Shown one piece after another: positions 19,335 to 26,493 of a stretch of 32,000 nucleotides of DNA. The DNA comes from Acaryochloris marina S15 (lineage in GTDB: Bacteria > Cyanobacteriota > Cyanobacteriia > Thermosynechococcales > Thermosynechococcaceae): NCBI RefSeq assembly GCF_018336915.1, contig NZ_CP064923.1:4440001-4472000 (forward strand). Reading direction: 5' to 3'. How positions within the stretch are numbered: position 1 is the first letter of the stretch; each line of letters begins with the position of its first letter. The position numbers were made by a program, and so were the translations under genes. The notes below the pieces were generated by a model, which saw nothing but the letters and a program-made list of their open reading frames with translations, was not told the DNA's origin and searched no databases.

Positions 19335-20476
19335 TACCAATTTGCGTTTTAAATCGTAATTCTCATATGAGGAAAATTGGTCATAGAAGTCAGCCTATCG
19401 GGTAAATCCATGAGTTCTTTGAGTCCCTTGCACAAGGTATCGGATACCTCATCTAAAGAATCAAAAACCTGATTGTAGAAGTGCTTTTCTTTCACCTCCT
19501 CCCAGATATGCTCTACAGCATTGAGTTGTGGACTTCGAGGAGGCTGAACAATCAAGCGTATATTGTCTGGAATGACGAGCTTCTTTCCGGTGTGGTAAGA
19601 CGCTCCATCGACCTGCATCACCACAAAATAGTCTGAAAATTCATCCGCCACTTGTGCTAGGAATAAGTTCATCATCTGAGTATTGGAAAAGGGTAAGACT
19701 AAAGCACTCATCTTTCCTAACGCAGGAGCAACAGCAACATAGCCATAGAGATATTCACGGACAAGCTGCTGCCCACTTTCGGGTCGAATTCCAGGAGCAC
19801 ACCAAGCTCTTCTTACTTGCCCTAGACGACCAAAGCGCCCTTCGTCTGCTGCCATGATCACAATGGGACGTTGGTCTTCAGCTGAGCGATCTGCTACAGC
19901 GGTTTGGACCAGCCCCCGAAAGTTTTTTTAAAAGCCTCTCGTGCCGCTTTGTTTCCATTGGGATGGGACGGACGAGGCATGAGTTTGCGCCATCCGTGTC
20001 GGTCTAGCAAACGATAGATAGTACTGGGTGCCACTGACGTCTCCACTTTAGTCTCAAAGGCCGTTTGGATCTCTTGAACCGTTGTTAAATGACCTTGTTG
20101 AGCACGTTCAATAAACGATTCTAAAAATTCAATCTCTTCTTCGATACTCAGATAAGCACCGGGATTCTTCTTCCGTTTAGCCCTAGGAGCAATTGCTGCT
20201 GCTCCTAGGCGATTGTAAGCGGAAATCACCTGATGGACCGTTCGAAGACTAGTAGCAGTATGCGTGGCTATTTCGATAGCTGGGCGAGGATCTACCAGGG
20301 CGTTATAAATAATCATCCATTTTTGCTGACAGCGGGCAGTCGGAGCCGTAGCAATTTTGTCTTTCACCTCATCCACTGTTAGATGCGGTTTAACTGTACT
20401 AACTCGACTCATATACTTATGGAATGAACATAGGATTAGATCCTATCTAAATTACATCCCAAAACACAAATTGGTA
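19335..20476 (-). mobile_element. IS630-family insertion sequence, copy 1 (1142 bp), intergenic between P2 and P3
   Basis: Terminal inverted repeats TACCAATTTG(C/T)GTTTT. Flanked by the 3-bp direct repeat TCA (19332-19334 and 20477-20479). By eye it is base-for-base identical to copy 2. Confidence 0.9.
19349..20412 (-). CDS. IS630-family transposase, OrfA (HTH) + OrfB (DDE) joined by a probable -1 frameshift at an A7 run
   Basis: OrfA spans 19894-20412 and OrfB 19349-19861. OrfB has the IS630/Tc1 signature PPRSPQLNAVEHIWEEVK. On the minus strand the sequence TTT AAA AAA ACT (T7 at 19923-19929 on plus) is followed by an open -1 frame, NFRGLVQTAVADRSAEDQRPIVIMAADEGRFG, that runs into OrfB. The fusion would be about 356 aa. 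Confidence 0.85.
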
Positions 20477-20531
20477 TCAGTAGTACTTGCACCCTATTCC
20501 AAAATCTCTTAATTGCAAGTGAGGTCACATC

Positions 20532-20765
20532 ATGTCTGAATTATTTACTGAATTATCTGATCAACAGCAAGAAATCGTTGCTGGTGGTTCAATCACATTG
20601 ATCAACGCCAATCTAACTAGCTTCAACTCCAATACTGAAGTCCTTGGAGCTGCAGGTGGCGCTGCTTCTGGCCCTGGTGGATCTGCAGCGGTTGGTGAAA
20701 TTGCTGGTGCGAACCAAGAACTTCATACCACTGCCATTAACTTTCAGTTTGGCAACGTACTATAG
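20532..20765 (+). CDS. Double-glycine-leader secreted peptide precursor P3 (77 aa)
   Basis: MSELFTELSDQQQEIVAGG followed by SITLINANLTSFNSNTEVLGAAGGAASGPGGSAAVGEIAGANQELHTTAINFQFGNVL. Has the same upstream motif and GAGG spacing as P1. Confidence 0.85.
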   Translation: MSELFTELSDQQQEIVAGGSITLINANLTSFNSNTEVLGAAGGAASGPGGSAAVGEIAGANQELHTTAINFQFGNVL

Positions 20766-20922
20766 TCATCCATTTGACTGAGTTTTAGGTTTCAATACCA
20801 CACGAATAGGGCTGTATAAATTGCATGAATTCTTTGAGTGAACACCTTTTATCAAGTTCATTATGGAATCACAATTTTATCCAGCCCTATTCCAGTTTTT
20901 CCCAACGTTCAAATCACTCATT

Positions 20923-21168
20923 ATGCCTGGTAAATCTTCTGAGTTATTTATAGAGCTATCTGAAAACGAGCAGGAAATTGTTGCAGGTGGGACAACAACA
21001 TTGTTCAACCTAAATCAAACAGCCTTCTTCTCTCAGTTAAATCTCTATCAAGCGAGTGGCATAGCTACTGCTGGCCCCAACGGTGCTAGCGCATCTGGGT
21101 CAATCACTAGAACCAACCAAACCATAAACACTAGTGCGCTCAACTTTGCCTTCGGTCAAGTTGATTAA
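20923..21168 (+). CDS. Double-glycine-leader secreted peptide precursor P4 (81 aa, divergent)
   Basis: MPGKSSELFIELSENEQEIVAGG followed by a TTTLFNLNQTAFF...NFAFGQVD core. The internal ATG is chosen by homology. The longer ORF from 20863 would overlap an intergenic inverted repeat. Confidence 0.75.
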   Translation: MPGKSSELFIELSENEQEIVAGGTTTLFNLNQTAFFSQLNLYQASGIATAGPNGASASGSITRTNQTINTSALNFAFGQVD

Positions 21169-21248
21169 TACAAAAAATCGGGAAGGCAGGTATCTCAATC
21201 ATCCCAGTGCAAGTGAGGTTTTTGGATATACCCTGCTTTCCCTTTGTG

Positions 21249-21278
21249 GCTAGAACCTTGCAATCCAAGTGTTCTAGC
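21249..21278 (+). promoter_or_regulatory. Stem-loop between the peptide genes and the export genes (possible attenuator or processing site)
   Basis: gctagaaccttg-caatc-caag(t)gttctagc forms a 12-bp stem with one bulge and a 5-nt loop. There is no U-tract downstream. Confidence 0.3.
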
Positions 21279-21395
21279 TATTCAGAGAGCATATAGCTTC
21301 TCAAGGCTTAATTATAACAGGCATCAAAGATGAGCCAGCCTTTCTATACCAAACACCCTTTATCAATCTCCTTCATGAAAGATCAATAAGATTCC

Positions 21396-22691
21396 ATGAA
21401 TACCCTCCAACCTGATCAACTTCACTTTGTTCAGGAAGATGAATTTCTACCCTCCATTAGCCCATGGGTTTCCATGGGAGGAATGGTTTTGGTGCTGGTA
21501 TTCGGTGCCGCTGTCGCCATTTCTTCCACTCTCAAATTCAGCATTACCGTCAAAGCGCCTGCAGCTATCCGGCCCGCAGGTGGCCTGAGTGTTGTCCAAA
21601 GTGGGATGGACGGCACCATAACCCATATCAGCGTTGAGGAGAACCAGATCGTCAAAAAAGGCGATCTGTTTGCGCAGCTAGACGATTCAGGGTTGCAAAA
21701 CCGAAAAAGTCAACTGCAAGGAGATATCCAATCCATTACGCTTCAGAGATATCAGATCAATGCCCAACTCAGAGCTTTAGACAATCAAATTATTGCTGAA
21801 ACCCGGTTAGTCAGCCGTTCCATTGCAGCCGCAGAAGCCAACTTAACGTCCCACCGTCGTCGCTATCAAAACCTCAAAATCAGTACAGAAGCAGACTTAG
21901 AAGAAGCCCAAGCCGGATACCACCTCGCGTCCGAAGAGTATCTCCGATTTAAAGAACTAGAAGAATCAGGGGCTATTGCTAAGCTACAGGTCAAAGAGAA
22001 GGAAGCCTCTTTAAAAGCGGCATCCGCCAGGATTAAGCGTCTTAAAGCCGCAACCAATCCCACAGACGCCACCATTGATCAAGCCCTAGAACAAATTGCT
22101 CAGGAACGAGCCAGAGGCGGTGTTACCCTAGCGGGCCTCAATCAGCAAAAAGAACAGCTGATGCGCACCCGCATCGAAGCTCAGAAACAGCTCCAACACA
22201 CTCAAAAAGAGCTGCAGCAGATCGATCATGAACTCAAAGGCACCCAAATTCGGGCGCCCATCGATGGCACCGTTTTACAGCTGAATCTGCGAAATCCCGG
22301 ACAAGTCGTGCAGCCCGGAATCCCAATCGCCCAAATCGCCCCTCGCAATGCTCCTCTGATTATCAAGGCGAAGGTCGGCGCCCAAGATATCAACCAAGTG
22401 AAAACAGGACAGACGGTCCAAATGAGAGTGTCAGCCTGCCCATACACCGATTACGGCACCTTAAAAGGAACCGTTACAAATGTGTCGCCCGATGCCATTC
22501 CGATGAGTGATGCTGGCACCAGTCCCGCCTTTTATGAGGTCACCGTTCAACCTCGCACCTTATATATGGGCACTCAACAGCGCTGGTGCCGCCTGCAATT
22601 TGGGATGGAGGGTCGAGCAGATATTGTGTCACGCCAAGAAACCGTTCTCCAATTTGTGTTGAAAAAAGCCCGCTTGATGTCCAACTTTTAA
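21396..22691 (+). CDS. HlyD-family membrane fusion / secretion adaptor protein
   Basis: N-terminal TM helix (VSMGGMVLVLVFGAAVAISS), a long coiled-coil middle region, IRAPIDGTVLQLNL and a C-terminal beta domain. Located immediately upstream of the C39 ABC exporter. Confidence 0.85.
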   Translation: MNTLQPDQLHFVQEDEFLPSISPWVSMGGMVLVLVFGAAVAISSTLKFSITVKAPAAIRPAGGLSVVQSGMDGTITHISVEENQIVKKGDLFAQLDDSGLQNRKSQLQGDIQSITLQRYQINAQLRALDNQIIAETRLVSRSIAAAEANLTSHRRRYQNLKISTEADLEEAQAGYHLASEEYLRFKELEESGAIAKLQVKEKEASLKAASARIKRLKAATNPTDATIDQALEQIAQERARGGVTLAGLNQQKEQLMRTRIEAQKQLQHTQKELQQIDHELKGTQIRAPIDGTVLQLNLRNPGQVVQPGIPIAQIAPRNAPLIIKAKVGAQDINQVKTGQTVQMRVSACPYTDYGTLKGTVTNVSPDAIPMSDAGTSPAFYEVTVQPRTLYMGTQQRWCRLQFGMEGRADIVSRQETVLQFVLKKARLMSNF

Positions 22692-22736
22692 TCTTTCTCA
22701 TCTGCTCATATCGCTTGATCAAATGATAAAAGCACT

Positions 22737-22958
22737 TTGTCCATGCCCTCTTTAATGCTCCTCAACCCGCTACTCAAATCACGAAAAAGCTACCAGTGCG
22801 TCAAGCAATGGAGCGAAGAAGACTGTGGAGCTGCCTGTCTAGCCTCAATCTGCAAGTATTATGGCCGTCTACTTAGCATTACCCGTAGTCGGGAAGTCGT
22901 GGGAACCGGACAACTTGGCACCACCCTCTTAGGTCTGAAACGAGGAGCTGAAGCATTA
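22737..22958 (+). pseudogene. 5' fragment (74 codons) of the C39-peptidase ABC exporter, cut by IS copy 2
   Basis: QWSEEDCGAACLASICKYYGRLLSITRSREVVGTGQLGTTLLGLKRGAEAL contains the C39 catalytic Cys region. The ORF leaves homology exactly at the IS boundary. Possible starts are TTG 22737 and ATG 22743. Confidence 0.85.
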
Positions 22959-24100
22959 TACCAATTTGCGTTTTAAATCGTAATTCTCATATGAGGAAAA
23001 TTGGTCATAGAAGTCAGCCTATCGGGTAAATCCATGAGTTCTTTGAGTCCCTTGCACAAGGTATCGGATACCTCATCTAAAGAATCAAAAACCTGATTGT
23101 AGAAGTGCTTTTCTTTCACCTCCTCCCAGATATGCTCTACAGCATTGAGTTGTGGACTTCGAGGAGGCTGAACAATCAAGCGTATATTGTCTGGAATGAC
23201 GAGCTTCTTTCCGGTGTGGTAAGACGCTCCATCGACCTGCATCACCACAAAATAGTCTGAAAATTCATCCGCCACTTGTGCTAGGAATAAGTTCATCATC
23301 TGAGTATTGGAAAAGGGTAAGACTAAAGCACTCATCTTTCCTAACGCAGGAGCAACAGCAACATAGCCATAGAGATATTCACGGACAAGCTGCTGCCCAC
23401 TTTCGGGTCGAATTCCAGGAGCACACCAAGCTCTTCTTACTTGCCCTAGACGACCAAAGCGCCCTTCGTCTGCTGCCATGATCACAATGGGACGTTGGTC
23501 TTCAGCTGAGCGATCTGCTACAGCGGTTTGGACCAGCCCCCGAAAGTTTTTTTAAAAGCCTCTCGTGCCGCTTTGTTTCCATTGGGATGGGACGGACGAG
23601 GCATGAGTTTGCGCCATCCGTGTCGGTCTAGCAAACGATAGATAGTACTGGGTGCCACTGACGTCTCCACTTTAGTCTCAAAGGCCGTTTGGATCTCTTG
23701 AACCGTTGTTAAATGACCTTGTTGAGCACGTTCAATAAACGATTCTAAAAATTCAATCTCTTCTTCGATACTCAGATAAGCACCGGGATTCTTCTTCCGT
23801 TTAGCCCTAGGAGCAATTGCTGCTGCTCCTAGGCGATTGTAAGCGGAAATCACCTGATGGACCGTTCGAAGACTAGTAGCAGTATGCGTGGCTATTTCGA
23901 TAGCTGGGCGAGGATCTACCAGGGCGTTATAAATAATCATCCATTTTTGCTGACAGCGGGCAGTCGGAGCCGTAGCAATTTTGTCTTTCACCTCATCCAC
24001 TGTTAGATGCGGTTTAACTGTACTAACTCGACTCATATACTTATGGAATGAACATAGGATTAGATCCTATCTAAATTACATCCCAAAACACAAATTGGTA
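22959..24100 (-). mobile_element. IS630-family insertion sequence, copy 2 (1142 bp), inserted in the exporter's C39 domain
   Basis: Same sequence as copy 1. Flanked by the 3-bp direct repeat TTA (22956-22958 and 24101-24103). Confidence 0.9.
22973..24036 (-). CDS. IS630-family transposase OrfA+OrfB (copy 2; A7 frameshift site, T7 on plus at 23547-23553)
   Basis: OrfA spans 23518-24036 and OrfB 22973-23485. Both proteins are identical to those of copy 1. Confidence 0.85.
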
Positions 24101-26077
24101 TTAGGATTCAATGCCCGTTCCGTGAAAGCATCGGAAGCTTTGATTGATCGGTTACAGGAAATCCTATTGCCAGCCATCATCCACTGGAAAGGCTATCACT
24201 GGGTCATTCTTTATGGGAAGCGCGGTCGCAAGTATGTTGTAGCCGATCCAGGCGTTGGGATTCGGTATCTCACCAAACAGGAGCTGCTCGAATCCTGGAA
24301 TGGCATCATGCTTTTACTAGAGCCTGATGTCGATCGATTTCATGATCGAGGCGAAGATGAGGCGAAGTCCGGTGGATTTTCTCGCTTCCTTGGGCGTATT
24401 TGGCCCTATCGCAATATTCTCAGCCAAGCCCTCCTGATCAATATTGTGCTGGGCTTGTTGGCCTTATCCAGTCCGTTTCTGATCCAGATTCTGACCGATG
24501 ATGTCTTGGTCCGTCAGGATATGGAGTTGCTGACGGTTGTGGTAGTGGGAGTTGTCATTTCCCAAGTGTTCAGCAGTAGCCTGCAAATCATGCAGTCAAA
24601 CCTAATTGCTCACTTCAGCCAGCGGCTGCAGTTAGGTTTGGTTTTGGAATTTGGTCGCAAAATCTTGCAGCTACCGCTGAATTACTATGAGTCGCGCAGA
24701 AGCGGGGAGATTATCAGCCGTTTGCGAGATATCAACGAAGTCAATCAACTGATATCGCAAATCGTTGTTCGGGTCCCCAGTCAAGTTTTTGTTGCCTTTA
24801 TTTCCATTGGCTTCATGCTGTTTTACAGCGCGAGTTTAACCCTAGTCGCTGCCGCTATTGCCGTCATCATGGCAATAGCGACTTTACCGTTTCTGCCGAT
24901 ATTGCGGAAGAAAACCCGCAATTTACTGATTCTGTCCTCAGAAAATCAAGGGGTCTTAGTTGAGACCTTCAAGGGTGCACTAGTCCTGAAAACAACCAAC
25001 GCAGCTCCCCAATTTTGGGAAGAGTTCCAATCCCGCTTTGGCCGACTCACCAATCTCACCTTCAGCACGATTCAACTGAGTATCCTCAACGGTACCTTTA
25101 CTCAGTTGATTTCAAGTATTGGTAGTGTCGCCCTTTTAGCCACGGGGAGTCTACTGGTGATCAAGGAAGAACTCAGTATTGGTCAGTTATTAGCCTTCAA
25201 CACCATGCAAGGCAACATGCTGGCCTTAATGACGACAATCATCGGCCTCACGGATGAATATTTTCGGGCTCAAACGGCGATTGGCCGTATTTTAGAGGTC
25301 ATCGATGCCACGCCAGAATCCGTAGGAGAAGCAAACAAACCGTTTGCCCAGCTGTCTGGAGACCATGATATTACCTGCTCCCATTTAAATTTTCACCATG
25401 CCGGGCGAGTCGTTCTCCTGGATGATTTTTCCTTGAAACTACCTGGGGGGAAAGTGACCGTCATTATTGGCAAATCCGGCTGTGGTAAAAGCACCCTGGC
25501 CAAGGTAATCGCCGGTCTCTACCAAACTCAGTCTGGAACCGTCAGAATGGGTCCCTATAATTTACAGGATTTATCCATTGAGTCTCTCCGACAGCAAGTC
25601 TCATTTGTCCCCCAAGAACCTCATTTTTGGAGTCGATCCATTATTGAGAACTTCCATCTGGGTAATCCACAGGTTTCCTTTGAGCAAATCGTTAAGGCCT
25701 GCCAAATTGCGGATGCCGATAGCTTTATCAGCGAATTACCCAATACTTACCAAACGGTTTTAGGTGAGTTTGGTGCCAACTTATCGGGTGGACAGCGGCA
25801 GCGGCTAGCCATTGCCCGAGCCATTGTTAACGATCCACCCATCTTGATTTTGGATGAATCCACGGCAGGCCTCGATCCGGTAAGCGAAGCCGAAGTACTG
25901 GATAAGTTATTAGCCTATCGCCAAGGCAAAACCACCATCATGATTTCCCACCGCCCCAGCACTATCAAACGGGCAGAATGGTTGATTCAAATGGAAAAAG
26001 GTCAACTGCTTTTGGAAGGAGACTTGGCCACCTTGGCATCTCAACCTGGAGAACATCAAAAGTTTTTAAACCACTAA
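24101..26077 (+). pseudogene. 3' fragment of the C39-peptidase ABC exporter (rest of C39 domain, six-TM domain, ATPase)
   Basis: (L)GFNARSVKASEAL..IIHWKGYHWVILYG..VADPGVG carries the C39 His and Asp regions. ABC motifs are Walker A GKSGCGKST, signature LSGGQRQR and Walker B ILILDESTAG. The track ORF start at 23981 lies inside the IS. Confidence 0.85.
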
Positions 26078-26102
26078 TAAACCATCATGAGGAAGAAAGA
26101 TC

Positions 26103-26411
26103 ATGTCTCCGTTACAAAACACTCCGCCAACAGCAGATCCACCGTCTGACTTATTTATTGAATTATCCGACCCAGAGCAGGAGACGATTTCAGCTGGATT
26201 TGGGTTGACCTATCTCTTTTTTGAGCAAGAAATCATTTCGTCGTCTTCGTCCAATACGACGGAAATCGACAATTTATCTCTTAGTTCCGGCAGCGGTCGA
26301 ACGTCTCAGCAAGCCAACTACGATGCCAAGCGCACCACCTTTGCCTTCGGGGGGTTAATTCCCATTAGCTCCGTGTCTTCGTTTATTGCATCCATTCTCA
26401 AATTGTTTTAG
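26103..26411 (+). CDS. Divergent fifth member of the leader-peptide family (P5, 102 aa) with a C-terminal hydrophobic extension
   Basis: ..DLFIELSDPEQETISAG parallels P4's ELFIELSENEQEIVAGG. The core keeps the family's FAFG motif at similar spacing. AGGAAG lies upstream of the ATG, which is 25 nt after the exporter stop. Confidence 0.6.
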   Translation: MSPLQNTPPTADPPSDLFIELSDPEQETISAGFGLTYLFFEQEIISSSSSNTTEIDNLSLSSGSGRTSQQANYDAKRTTFAFGGLIPISSVSSFIASILKLF

Positions 26412-26493
26412 CTGGGGCGCTGCTGGAGCTGCATAGCTGCGTAAATTGGCCATTGCGGTTGCATGATTACTTCTTTATAAGATTGAGTTCAAC

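Noticed and set aside
20863-20922. Long form of P4 (101-aa ORF starting at 20863)
   Set aside because: The extension overlaps the right arm of the intergenic palindrome and its T-run. Homology to the other leaders begins at the internal Met (20923).
21207-21332. A sixth peptide gene behind the orphan tgcaagtgagg box
   Set aside because: The expected start position reads ATA. No frame downstream resembles the leader or core family.
23981-24100. N-terminal 40 aa of the 698-aa track ORF as the genuine exporter N-terminus
   Set aside because: This sequence is inside the IS and is identical in copy 1, where no exporter follows. The true N-terminus is the 22737-22958 fragment carrying the C39 Cys motif.
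22959-24100. Canonical IS630 interpretation: ends CCAATT...AATTGG with a TA target duplication
   Set aside because: It leaves the matching TCA/TCA and TTA/TTA flanks unexplained. Excision under this model gives gca tta tat tag, a stop codon and frame break in the exporter.
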